This document shows positions 50,301-58,198 of a DNA stretch of 64,000 bases, in pieces (position 1 is the first letter of the stretch; each line of letters starts with the position of its first letter). Under the pieces are notes generated by a model. That model worked only from the letters and a program-made list of their open reading frames with translations. It did no database searches and was not told the DNA's origin. The position numbers and the translations under genes are program-made. The stretch comes from Candidatus Latescibacterota bacterium (GTDB lineage: Bacteria; Latescibacterota; UBA2968; UBA8231). Location: assembly GCA_965248355.1 (NCBI GenBank), contig OZ252098.1, positions 3,456,001-3,520,000 on the forward strand, given 5' to 3'.

Positions 50301-50356
50301 GACGGCCGCTCGTAGGGAGAGTTGAGAATTGGTCCTTTGAAGAAAGCTTCAGTCAT
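47312..50356 (-). CDS. res: Type III restriction endonuclease Res subunit (SF2 helicase + PD-(D/E)xK nuclease)
   Basis: Walker A 'LATGAGKT', 'NDEAHH', 'LSATP', 'MLTEGWDA', 'EQVVGRALRR', nuclease 'PDFIV...VEIKG'. Confidence 0.92.
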   Translation of the reverse strand: MTEAFFKGPILNSPYERPSRQWELDETGQPTHKTIESRRQAEFITPIPKPRKRKGSAQQARLVFDEKAQKLGTDGQQYDLTAIINGVRQQVDRWRELPEAQWQVTPETARLLRHWRHHHFSGIRPFFCQLEASETAIWLTEVAPRARAGRDFLDHLANANEEANPDLPRLALKLATGAGKTTVMAMLIAWQTINAVRRPQSSRFTRGFLVVTPGITIKDRLRVLQPNDPDSYFQGRELVPNDMRSDLEKAKIVITNYHAFKLRERMELSKGGRSLLQGRGESLATLETEGQMLQRVMPELMGMKNVLVLNDEAHHCYREKPGEVEEETLKGDDRKEAEKNTEAARLWISGLETVGEKLGINRVFDLSATPFFLRGSGYAEGTLFPWTMCDFSLMDAIECGIVKLPRVPVADNIPGGDMPKFRNLWEHIREDMPKKGRGKVSHLDPLSLPVELQTALEALYGHYRKTFEMMQEAGISVPPCFIIVCNNTSTSKLVYDYISGFHRENENRPTTLENGRLELFRNFDEDGTRLPRPRTLLIDSEQLESGEALDRNFRDMAADEIERFRREIVERTGDLRQAEKITDQDLLREVMNTVGKEDRLGDSIRCVVSVSMLTEGWDANTVSHVLGVRAFGTQLLCEQVVGRALRRQSYDLNEDGLFDVEYADVLGIPFDFTAKPVLAPAKPPRPTVHVRAVRPERDALEIRFPRVAGYRVELPEDRLEAEFNEVSEFSLTPEVVGPSITRNQGIIGEGVDLNLVHTDGLRTSTLLFHLTQRLLYTKYRDPGEEPKLHLFGQLKRITRQWLNGYLVCKGGTYPAQLMYQELADTACERIAAAITQAGIDRRPVKAVLDPYNPVGSTAHVNFTTTKTSRYQTDSRRCHINWVVLDSDWEAEFCRVAESHPQVRAYVKNHNLGLEVPYRSGSETRTYLPDFIVLVDDGQGEEDLLHLVVEIKGYRGEDARDKKATMDTYWVPGVNNHGDYGRWVFAEFTDVFEVEAAFNRLVEELRSEVEIQASE

Positions 50357-50402
50357 GGATTGTCCAGCCAGAATCTACTGTCGGCCGCCCCCCACCGCAG
50401 AC

Positions 50403-51212
50403 TCAATCCCAGGGATCCACCCCCGCCAGCTTCCGCCCAAGGCTGGTCAGCTCGGCCGTCTTCCCTTCGCGGGCCTCCCGTTCCTCGGCGTAGCGCCCCA
50501 GGCCGGACAGCCGCCGCTGCCAGAAGTCCGTGCGCTTCCGCCGCGCCTCTTCGCCATCGCCGGCGGGACCCATGGTGATGTACTGGGCCACGCGGGGACT
50601 GTCGCCGCGGTTGAGGCTCGCCGTGTGCGGCAGGGCGGTACGCCAGATGACCAGGTCCCCCGCCTCGGCACCGATGCGCCGCGTTCCCAGGGCCAGCAGG
50701 TCCTGCGCGCGGGGATCGGCCCCCTCCGGCAACTCGTCGAGCCACGCCTCCAGGCGCTGGTGGAACCCGGGCACGCAGACGAAGGCGCCCTGCTCGGCGG
50801 GCGTGTCGTTCAGATAGAGAACACCCTGCACGCCAAATGACAACGGACGGTTATCCAGGGACGCGTCCCAGTGCAGACCGTGCTCGGGCGCATCCTTGTC
50901 CGGGGCCGGCGGACTGATGCTGGCCCGGTCGTGGCTGACCCACAGCTTGTCCGTGCCCCAGATCTGGCTGAAGGCCCGGTGGACCCGGGGGGCCGTGCGG
51001 TTGTCCCACATGGTCTGGTGCTGGTAGATCTCGACCATGATGCCGGGCCGGTCCTCCGGGTACCAGGTCCCGGGATCGTCCGGGTCCATGCCCGTGAAGG
51101 CCCACACCGCCCGCGCGGTGCGCTCCGCCTGGTCGCGGTCGATCACCTGACGAGCGACGACATACCCCTGTTCGGCAAAGGAATCGAGCTCTTCACTGCT
51201 CAGGACATCCAT
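50403..51212 (-). CDS. Phytanoyl-CoA dioxygenase (PhyH) family protein
   Basis: 'LHWD', 'QGVLYLND', 'GAFVCVPGFH', 'AGDLVIW...PH...N...PR'. Confidence 0.9.
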   Translation of the reverse strand: MDVLSSEELDSFAEQGYVVARQVIDRDQAERTARAVWAFTGMDPDDPGTWYPEDRPGIMVEIYQHQTMWDNRTAPRVHRAFSQIWGTDKLWVSHDRASISPPAPDKDAPEHGLHWDASLDNRPLSFGVQGVLYLNDTPAEQGAFVCVPGFHQRLEAWLDELPEGADPRAQDLLALGTRRIGAEAGDLVIWRTALPHTASLNRGDSPRVAQYITMGPAGDGEEARRKRTDFWQRRLSGLGRYAEEREAREGKTAELTSLGRKLAGVDPWD

Positions 51213-51293
51213 GGGTTCTCCCTCGCTATGCGCTCGTGGAAGTGAGCCCCTCGAGCTCCGGCTTCGAGCGCGGGGTCGGCCGTCGCTGGTCGC

Positions 51294-51977
51294 TCAGGGC
51301 CCTGCGGCCTCGGGTCTCTTCGCCAGCTGTTTCAGGACTTCCCTCTCCAGTTCCTCGTAGTCGATCTTCCCCGTCCACTGGGCCACGATCCGGCTCTCTC
51401 CATCGAGCAGATACATCGCCGGAATCGCCTTCACCTTGAACTGGTACCAGGCGGGCGTCTCTTTGGCGTCCACAAAGATGGGATAGGTGATCTCCAGCTT
51501 GCCCACCATCCTCCTGATCTTCCTGACCCGGTTTTTCTCTTCGTCGATGGACACACCCCACACGTCGAACCCCCTGTCGGAATAGGCGCCGTGGAGCTCC
51601 TGCAACCGGGGCATCGTCTCGAGACAGGGCTTGCACCATGTGGCCCAGAAATCCACCAGCACGACCCTGCCCTTCATGTCCTCCAACGCCATGTCCCCGC
51701 CGTCCAGCATTTCAACAACGCAGTCTGGTGCGGGTCGTGGAAAGACCGGTGGCAGGTAGGCCACGGGATCCGAGTCGAACTCCACTTTGCACTCTTCAGA
51801 GCAGAAGTAGTACGCCTTCCCGTCATGTTCCGAATGGGCCTTGACCTTCTCCAACTCCGTCTCGCCCCCTCTCAGTGCACAGACAGTGCAAAGGGCCTTG
51901 TCGGGAACCTGGACTTCGGCCATAAGCGCGGCCGAACCCGCCAGGACAATCGGAAACAGGAACCTCCAGTAGCGCAC
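51294..51977 (-). CDS. Exported YHS-domain + TlpA-like thiol-disulfide oxidoreductase fusion
   Basis: Signal peptide; 'CTVC' and YHS 'GKAYYFCSEECKVEF'; redoxin 'VDFWATWCKPC', cis-Pro 'AIP'; RBS GGAGGA directly after the upstream stop. Confidence 0.9.
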   Translation of the reverse strand: MRYWRFLFPIVLAGSAALMAEVQVPDKALCTVCALRGGETELEKVKAHSEHDGKAYYFCSEECKVEFDSDPVAYLPPVFPRPAPDCVVEMLDGGDMALEDMKGRVVLVDFWATWCKPCLETMPRLQELHGAYSDRGFDVWGVSIDEEKNRVRKIRRMVGKLEITYPIFVDAKETPAWYQFKVKAIPAMYLLDGESRIVAQWTGKIDYEELEREVLKQLAKRPEAAGP

Positions 51978-51986
51978 GGATCCTCC

Positions 51987-52655
51987 TCACCAGAATCCAA
52001 GAGAAAGGGAGAGGCCCATGGTCTCGAGCCACACATACATCAGGCTGACACCGTATTGGGCGGCGAAATAGTTCAGCAACAGATGTCCCCGGTCGCCATC
52101 GTACATCGGTCGAAGTGAAAAGCCCTTGCCCAGTTCAACCCCCGCGCCAACGGGGAGATTGAACTTCCCATCCCATTCCGAATAGTTCAGACTGCCGTAG
52201 AGGGACGTGCGCACCCAGGGTATGTACTTGCTGACAGTGGCGAACCAGGACTGCTCTCCCGCCGGCGAGCCGATTCGATCCGAGCTCGTGCCCAGGAAGA
52301 GCGCAGGACGCCTCTCCGTCTCGGTCAGCAGGAACAGGGTCGCAAGCGGTCCCGCCTCTCTGGCCTTGGGATTCACCTCGACGCCGACCTGCAGGCGTTC
52401 GTGCAGGCGGTAGTTGGCGGTGAACCGCCACTGGGGACGGTCCATTGAGGTATCAACATACCGTCCCGATAGCGTGACCTTCCTGTGAATGCCGCTCCCC
52501 CGGAGCGGTGCGCCTTCGCCGGGTCAGCCCACTCAGGTGGGCGTCATCGAGAAGACCGGCCGTTCGCTCCGCGTAGAGTCCTCTGGCGCTTCCAGGGCAA
52601 GGACAGGCGACGTGCCCAGGTATGGGAATAGAAGAAACAGGAGACTGAATCTCAT
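51987..52655 (-). CDS. Candidate double-selenocysteine (UxxU) outer-membrane beta-barrel protein, 222 aa
   Basis: ATG 52655 with RBS GGAG; signal peptide MRFSLLFLLFPYLGTSPVLA; in-frame TGA at 52535-52533 and 52526-52524 (T-U-V-G-U-P); same frame as ORF 51987-52445; amphipathic strands ending GLSLSLGFW. Confidence 0.72.
52492..52508 (-). promoter_or_regulatory. Putative bacterial SECIS hairpin
   Basis: mRNA CCGCUCC-GGG-GGAGCGG (7-bp stem, G loop); loop starts 22 nt after the second UGA and 31 nt after the first. Confidence 0.6.
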
Positions 52656-52686
52656 CAATGATGCTCCGCTGTGTGGAAGAGTCCGT

Positions 52687-53490
52687 TCATGGTTTGTTGA
52701 GGGACGCGCCCTTCGCCTCCCGCCGCCGCCTCGCCGCCTCCCGTTCCCCCTCGCGCCAGGCCCGGTACGCGGGCGTGTCCACGTGGTCGTGCAGAGTCGC
52801 CCGCGTGCGGTAGGGGACGTAGCTGCCGATGTGCCACAGGGTATTCCGGTAGAGGCAGAAGTCCCCGGCCCCCAGGTGCAGCTGCCGGGCGCCGGGCAGG
52901 GACCGGCAGTACTCCAGGCAGGCGCGCTCCCGCTCCGTCGAGGTGAGACCGTCCAGCTCCGGCCGGGGCACGGGCCGTTCGGGGAAGCGCGCCGCCTCCC
53001 GGGGCAGGTCGGGCCGCAGGTGGGACCCGGGCACCACCCAGGTGGAGGAGTCCTCGTAGAGGGCGCAGTTCAGCTGGTTGAAGAGCGCCGGGTCGCGGTA
53101 GTCGGCCTCCCAGCGCTCGCGGTCGAGGTCGATCACGTTGTCGCGCCAGTCACGGTGCCAGTGGGTGCACCAGGGCTCGTCGGCCGGCTCCAGCAGCACG
53201 CCGAGTTCGCGCCGGCCGTAGGTGTGCTCCGGCGACAGGGTCCGGTGGACGGCGTCCACCAGCTCGGGAAGCTCGGCGAAGTCGGTGAAGGGCCCGTGGT
53301 CGAGATCGTACTCGAAGACCGGCTGCAGACGCTGGGCCTGAGGGCCGGAGCGCTCGCGGGCCAGCTCCCGGGCCCGCCGGCAGACGCGGCGCAGGTCGGA
53401 CAGCAGCGACGGCGGCAGGATCCCGGCGAAGACCGTGTACCCCAACATGCCGTGCTCCTCGATGTGGCGCTCGCTCCAGGTCCAGGACAT
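52687..53490 (-). CDS. PhyH family dioxygenase
   Basis: 'HWHRD', 'WVVPGSH', 'AGDFCLY...WH', 'RATLH'. Confidence 0.85.
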   Translation of the reverse strand: MSWTWSERHIEEHGMLGYTVFAGILPPSLLSDLRRVCRRARELARERSGPQAQRLQPVFEYDLDHGPFTDFAELPELVDAVHRTLSPEHTYGRRELGVLLEPADEPWCTHWHRDWRDNVIDLDRERWEADYRDPALFNQLNCALYEDSSTWVVPGSHLRPDLPREAARFPERPVPRPELDGLTSTERERACLEYCRSLPGARQLHLGAGDFCLYRNTLWHIGSYVPYRTRATLHDHVDTPAYRAWREGEREAARRRREAKGASLNKP

Positions 53491-53491
53491 G

Positions 53492-54199
53492 TCAGCCCAT
53501 CTTCAGGGAGATCCAGCCGGTCACGAGCTCGACCATTGGGGCCGGATCGTCGCTGAAGACGTGATCAGCGCCGGTCTCCGCCACCAACTCCGCCCGCGGG
53601 GAGACGATGTCCTGCGAGTCCTGCAGCGGGACAACGTCGTCCTCGGTCCCGTGATAGAGCAGCCACGGCACGGTGACGGCGGCGCCCTTGTCCACGACCG
53701 AGCCGATGGCCGCCATGTCCCGCATCCAGGCGCTGGATAGCGGGCAGTCGGGCTCGTCCCACATGCAGCCCTCGTCGGGCGTGACGTCGCCGAACTCGCG
53801 CTCGGCGAAGGCCCGGGTGTGGACCATGCCGGCCAGGGAGACGAGCCAGCCGATGCGGCGGTCGAAGCTCGCCCGCAGCACCCCCACGGCCCCGCCCATG
53901 CTGTGGCCGACGTAGCACAGGGGCCGCTCGCCGACAGCGGCGAGGACGCTGCCCAGATCGTCGACCTCCTTGGAGATGGTGCAGTCGGCGAAGCGTCCCT
54001 CGGAGTCGCCGTTGCCGGCGAAGGAGAACCGCAGGGCGTGGATGCCGGCCGCCGACAGCCCCTCGGCCAGGGCCGCCACGAAGGGCCGGTCCTTGTTGCC
54101 GGTGACGCCGTGGCCGATGACGACGAGGCCCTCGCCGCGGCCGTCGTGAACGGTGTAGTCGAGCCTCTCGCCCCGGGCGTTGCGGATCTCGCCGAACAT
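53492..54199 (-). CDS. Alpha/beta fold hydrolase
   Basis: 'GHSMGG' nucleophile elbow, 'HGTEDDVV', 'GADH'. Confidence 0.9.
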   Translation of the reverse strand: MFGEIRNARGERLDYTVHDGRGEGLVVIGHGVTGNKDRPFVAALAEGLSAAGIHALRFSFAGNGDSEGRFADCTISKEVDDLGSVLAAVGERPLCYVGHSMGGAVGVLRASFDRRIGWLVSLAGMVHTRAFAEREFGDVTPDEGCMWDEPDCPLSSAWMRDMAAIGSVVDKGAAVTVPWLLYHGTEDDVVPLQDSQDIVSPRAELVAETGADHVFSDDPAPMVELVTGWISLKMG

Positions 54200-54214
54200 G
54201 GGTCGTCCCTTCCT

Positions 54215-55291
54215 TCAGCCGCTGCGCACGACGATGTCGCGGTCGGCGCCGGACAGGGGCAGCTCCACCCAGGCGCCGCCGGCGCGGTGGGAGGCGTGGA
54301 AGGCGACGATCGCCTCCAGGGTGCGCACGGCTTCGGAGGCGTCGTAGGAGAACGGCCCCGCCCCGTCGAGCCAGTCGACGATCTCGGCCACGGCGCGGTC
54401 CATGCCGCTGTCGGCGGAGTCGTCGGGCAGCAGCTCGCGGTCGTCGCCGCGCACGATCTCGATGTCGCGCTGGCGGCAGACGGCGTAGCCCTCGGTGCCG
54501 TGGTAGCGGTGGCGCGCCGGCGCGGTGCCGTAGTCGGCGCCGTCAACCGTGCAGATCAGGTCCCCGCTCGGCCCCTCGCCGTCCCAGGGCAGGTCGCGCC
54601 CGAGGCGCAGCAGGCCCCAGCCGCCGGGATCGGCGAAGTCGGACCCGCGGCAGTCGGGTTTCCCCGACAGGTCGAGGGTGCCCGAAACCGCCGTCACCGG
54701 CAGGCCGGTGACCATCTGCAAGCCGTCGAACTGGTGCGTGCCCACGTTGCCGAGGCGGCCGGAGGTCCACTGGAGCGAGGCCGAGGTCAGGGTGCCGAGG
54801 GCGCCTTCGGCGATGCGGTCCCGCAGCTTCCGGTAGCCGGGGTGGAAACGCAGGTTGTGGTTGACCAGCAGCAGGGTCCCGGCCCTGGCGCAGGCGGCCA
54901 GCATCGCCTCGGCCTCGGTCAGGGTCGCCGCCACCGGCTTCTCGCAGTAGATGGCGCGGACGCCTGCTTCCACCGCCGCCTCGGTGATCTCGGCGTGGGC
55001 GGGGGTGTAGGTGGCCACCGAGAGGATGTCGAGGGGCGCCGCCTCGCGCAGCATCTCGCCCCAGTCGGCGAAGACGGGCGCCCCGTAGCTGGCGTGGAAG
55101 CGCTCCCGGCGGCCCTCGTCGCGGCTGCTGCCGCCGACCACATCGACCCGGGGGTGGCCGCGCAGGGCCGCCACGTGGGTGCCGTCGAGGTCGACCACGC
55201 GCTGGCCGACGCCGTCGCCGGAGACCTGGTCGGCGCCCCCGATGAAGCCCAGCCCCACGATCGCCGAGCGGTACCTCGTCTCTGCGGACAT
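54215..55291 (-). CDS. Gfo/Idh/MocA family oxidoreductase
   Basis: 'IVGLGFIG', 'IYCEKPVA', 'NVGTHQFD'. Confidence 0.9.
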   Translation of the reverse strand: MSAETRYRSAIVGLGFIGGADQVSGDGVGQRVVDLDGTHVAALRGHPRVDVVGGSSRDEGRRERFHASYGAPVFADWGEMLREAAPLDILSVATYTPAHAEITEAAVEAGVRAIYCEKPVAATLTEAEAMLAACARAGTLLLVNHNLRFHPGYRKLRDRIAEGALGTLTSASLQWTSGRLGNVGTHQFDGLQMVTGLPVTAVSGTLDLSGKPDCRGSDFADPGGWGLLRLGRDLPWDGEGPSGDLICTVDGADYGTAPARHRYHGTEGYAVCRQRDIEIVRGDDRELLPDDSADSGMDRAVAEIVDWLDGAGPFSYDASEAVRTLEAIVAFHASHRAGGAWVELPLSGADRDIVVRSG

Positions 55292-55315
55292 CGCTCCTTC
55301 TCCTCTGTAATGGAT

Positions 55316-56479
55316 TCAGGTTTCCGCCTCGCCGCCGAGACCGAGGACGCGGGCGCAGGCGCCGCCCATGATCGCGGCCCGGTCTTCGGCGGAGAGGAAC
55401 TCGCAGTACTCCTCGATCCAGCGGCGCGACTGGCGGTAGGTGCAGAACCGGTTCTGGAAGGGCATGTCCGTGCCCCACAGCAGCCGCCCCGCCCCGATGC
55501 GCTCCACCATCTGCTCCAAAGTCGGCCACACCTCCCGGTAGGGGTAGTCGAAGAGGTCGCCCAGGCGCACGGGGAAGCAGACCTCCAGGCTCAGGTTGGG
55601 GTTGTCGAAGGGCGCCCAGACCCCCTCGGGCAGCTCGACCCGCGTCGGGGAGCCCGAGGGCTCGTCGTCGAGGAACAGGCGCCACGGGAAGCCGTGGGTG
55701 AGGCTGCAGAGCACCTCCGAGTAGCGGTCCATCCAGCGCGCCAGGATGCCCAACTCGGCCAAGTAGCCGCGGCGCCGGCTCTCCAGACCCTGGGACACCG
55801 AGGCCTCGCCGGGACCGGTGCCGAGGGTGAAGAACACGGGCACGCCGAGCCCGGCCACGGCCTCCCAGAACGGCCGCAGGTGCTCGCCGTCCCACGGGTC
55901 GGAGCGGTAGTAGTAGGCGTGGGGCGGGTTGAACTTGATGGCGTGCAGGCCGTGCTCCTCCACGGCGGCCACGGTCTCGGCGATGACCGCGTCCAGCTCA
56001 CCGGCCAGCCGCCACTCGTCCACGGGAGCCATGGAACAGATGCGCCCGGGATCGGCGGCCACCGCCTCGGCCTGGAAGGCGGGATCGCGGCCGAGCATGG
56101 CGTCCACGTGGAGCAGGACCTTGTCGACGCCGGCGTAGTCCATCTCGGCGATCAGGTTGTGTGGCGTGTACTCCAGATGCGCCAGGTTGGGCGGGTAGAA
56201 CTGCTTGGTGTAGTCCTCGCCGCCGAGGGTCCACACGACCCGCCCCTTGTCGTGATCGACGCGGAAGTCGACGTCGGGCAGGTTGTCGAAGTCCATGACG
56301 CCGCCGGGGGCGGCCAGCACCTCCGAGGAGGCCGGCGCGCGGTCGCGGATGCGCCAGGCCGGCTGGTGGTGGGAGGCCTGGCCTCCCTGGACCCACTTCA
56401 GGTGGTCGGGGGCCGAGGCGTGGCCGGCGGCCGAGTCGGCGGGCGGGAAGCAGTAGGCGTGGGAGTCGATGATGCTCAC
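55316..56479 (-). CDS. Amidohydrolase_2 family protein
   Basis: GTG 56479 overlaps the GNAT stop; 'IIDSHAY', 'EMDYAGVDK', 'GAGRLLWGTDMP'. Confidence 0.85.
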   Translation of the reverse strand: MSIIDSHAYCFPPADSAAGHASAPDHLKWVQGGQASHHQPAWRIRDRAPASSEVLAAPGGVMDFDNLPDVDFRVDHDKGRVVWTLGGEDYTKQFYPPNLAHLEYTPHNLIAEMDYAGVDKVLLHVDAMLGRDPAFQAEAVAADPGRICSMAPVDEWRLAGELDAVIAETVAAVEEHGLHAIKFNPPHAYYYRSDPWDGEHLRPFWEAVAGLGVPVFFTLGTGPGEASVSQGLESRRRGYLAELGILARWMDRYSEVLCSLTHGFPWRLFLDDEPSGSPTRVELPEGVWAPFDNPNLSLEVCFPVRLGDLFDYPYREVWPTLEQMVERIGAGRLLWGTDMPFQNRFCTYRQSRRWIEEYCEFLSAEDRAAIMGGACARVLGLGGEAET

Positions 56480-57381
56480 GACAGTTCCCGCGTGAACTCG
56501 TAGGTCCAGTCCACGACCCGGAAGCCGTGGTTGGTATAGAACAGGAAGGCGCGGTCGTTGCGAAGGGCGGTGCTGATGGCGCCGTGGCGGTAGCCGCGCT
56601 CCCGGGCGAGGTACATGGCCTGCGCCAGCAGGAACCGTCCGAGCCCGTTGCCCTGGTGGTTCTCGTTGACGCCGAGCCAGTCGCAGAAGGCGAAGTCGTG
56701 GGCCTCGTCGGCGGGTGAGGACTCGGCGCCGCTGACCAGGACGCACTCGCCGATGCCCTCGCCGTCCTGGAGGGCCCGGAGCCGCAGTCCCGGGCGGCGG
56801 CCGGCGCCCGGGCGGTCCTCCACGCGCAGGTCGAAGTCCAGGCCCTCGGGGCCGGCGGCCGGCTCGGGCCGCATGTCGGGCCAGTCGAGGAAGACCTCGC
56901 CGCCCGAACGGGTGTAGCCGCGGAAGCGCACCAGGGCCTGCACGTGGTCGAGGCGGTCCGACAAGTAGGCGTGGGGGAAGGCGTAGAACGGGTAACGCCA
57001 GGACTGCGGCATGACGGCGCTGTGCCGCAGCTCCCGTTCGGCCATCCAGGATTCGGCCGCTGCAAGCAGAGCGTCTCCCAGGGCGCGCTGCCCGCGGCGG
57101 TAGGCGAGGAAGCGGATCACGCCCACCTCGTGCTCCTGCCACTTGTGGACCGCCTGCCGGCCGACGTGGACGAATCCGTCGGCTCCCGTGCCCGCCACGA
57201 GGACGGCCTGCTCGAGCAGCCTCACCCCCTCGAGCTCGACCTCGCCTTCCCGCAGCGTCCCGTCCAGGGCGGACGGCGCCACCGGCCAGCAGTGGGGGAC
57301 GCGGCCCACGACCAGCGCGTGGTAGAGGTCGAGGACGCCGGGCAGGTCGTCCGGATGATAGGGTCGGACCGGAATCGTCAT
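56476..57381 (-). CDS. GNAT family acetyltransferase (tandem domain)
   Basis: ATG 57381; 'LGVNENHQGNGLGRFLL', 'NDRAFLFYTNHGF'. Confidence 0.85.
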   Translation of the reverse strand: MTIPVRPYHPDDLPGVLDLYHALVVGRVPHCWPVAPSALDGTLREGEVELEGVRLLEQAVLVAGTGADGFVHVGRQAVHKWQEHEVGVIRFLAYRRGQRALGDALLAAAESWMAERELRHSAVMPQSWRYPFYAFPHAYLSDRLDHVQALVRFRGYTRSGGEVFLDWPDMRPEPAAGPEGLDFDLRVEDRPGAGRRPGLRLRALQDGEGIGECVLVSGAESSPADEAHDFAFCDWLGVNENHQGNGLGRFLLAQAMYLARERGYRHGAISTALRNDRAFLFYTNHGFRVVDWTYEFTRELS

Positions 57382-57657
57382 GGCGGCCAGAAAGAAGAGT
57401 ATGCGAGGCGGCGGGCTCAACTGCCGCTGCGGTCTCGAGCCGGGTGCAGATATTGCATCGGACTCCTCGTGCGGTCCTGCACACACTCCGGGTGCAGGAG
57501 TTCCCACGACCGGGGCCGGACACCGGGATCGTCGCCCGCCGCGCGGATGCCGGTGCCAGCAGCCGTGGAAATCTGAGATCCGTCTCAGGAATTGCCCGGG
57601 GGCCGTCCGAAGCCCCATATCGCCCGAACCAGCCGCAAAACTCCTCCCCAGTTCTCG

Positions 57658-57670
57658 CAAGTGATTGATT
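57658..57670 (-). promoter_or_regulatory. IHF-binding consensus site
   Basis: Minus strand AATCAATCACTTG matches WATCAANNNNTTR exactly. Confidence 0.45.
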
Positions 57671-57826
57671 GGGACGGGGTTGCGAGAGAGTTGCTGCGAC
57701 GGACCCGCCCCCTCGGAAGGGCCGTGGACCGATGCGTCACCTCCGGAGGCGCCGTGGGAAGGCCACCGCCGCCCCTTTCGGCGAACCTCCAGGGGCCGAT
57801 CGGCCTCGATCCGGGGCTCCAGAGGT

Positions 57827-57843
57827 CTGGCACGGGTTTTGTA
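57827..57843 (+). promoter_or_regulatory. Putative sigma-54 (-24/-12) promoter
   Basis: CTGGCACGGGTTTTGTA vs consensus YTGGCACGRNNNTTGCW (one mismatch at -12), ~50 bp upstream of ORF 57892. Confidence 0.5.
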
Positions 57844-57891
57844 TGTGTTCTGGGGCGAGACTGAGTGCTGAGGCAGCGAAGGGAGGAAGCG

Positions 57892-58131
57892 ATGTCCAAC
57901 TACCGGTACGCAGGAGCCAACGGCAGCGCCGACGAGATCACCGTCATCGAGGACAAGGGCATGTTCGTCAAGGACGGAGACGGGAACTGGTCGCCGGGCT
58001 TCCAGTTCATCGACAGCCGCACGGTGAAGGCCCACCCCTTCATCATCGACGCCCTGATCCAGGATGCCGAACGCCTGTGGTCCCTGGACGAGATCCTCGC
58101 CGAGTTGGAGACCGGTACCCGCAAGTCCTGA
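57892..58131 (+). CDS. Small hypothetical protein (79 aa)
   Basis: Strong RBS GGGAGG, ATG 57892, good codon bias. Confidence 0.7.
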   Translation: MSNYRYAGANGSADEITVIEDKGMFVKDGDGNWSPGFQFIDSRTVKAHPFIIDALIQDAERLWSLDEILAELETGTRKS

Positions 58132-58198
58132 GGTCCCGGGGCCTTCCTCCGGCCCGGCGCCGCCGGGCCGGAGCCGCGCCGGATCCAGCTCGCACCTT

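Noticed and set aside
36600..50402. Integrase- or att-bounded genomic island around the R-M locus
   Set aside because: No integrase, tRNA or flanking direct repeats found by eye.
51987..52655. Alternative genetic code (UGA = Trp or Gly) as the explanation for the in-frame TGAs
   Set aside because: TGA is clearly used as a stop throughout the window, including many ATGA/GTGA overlaps and this gene's own terminator.
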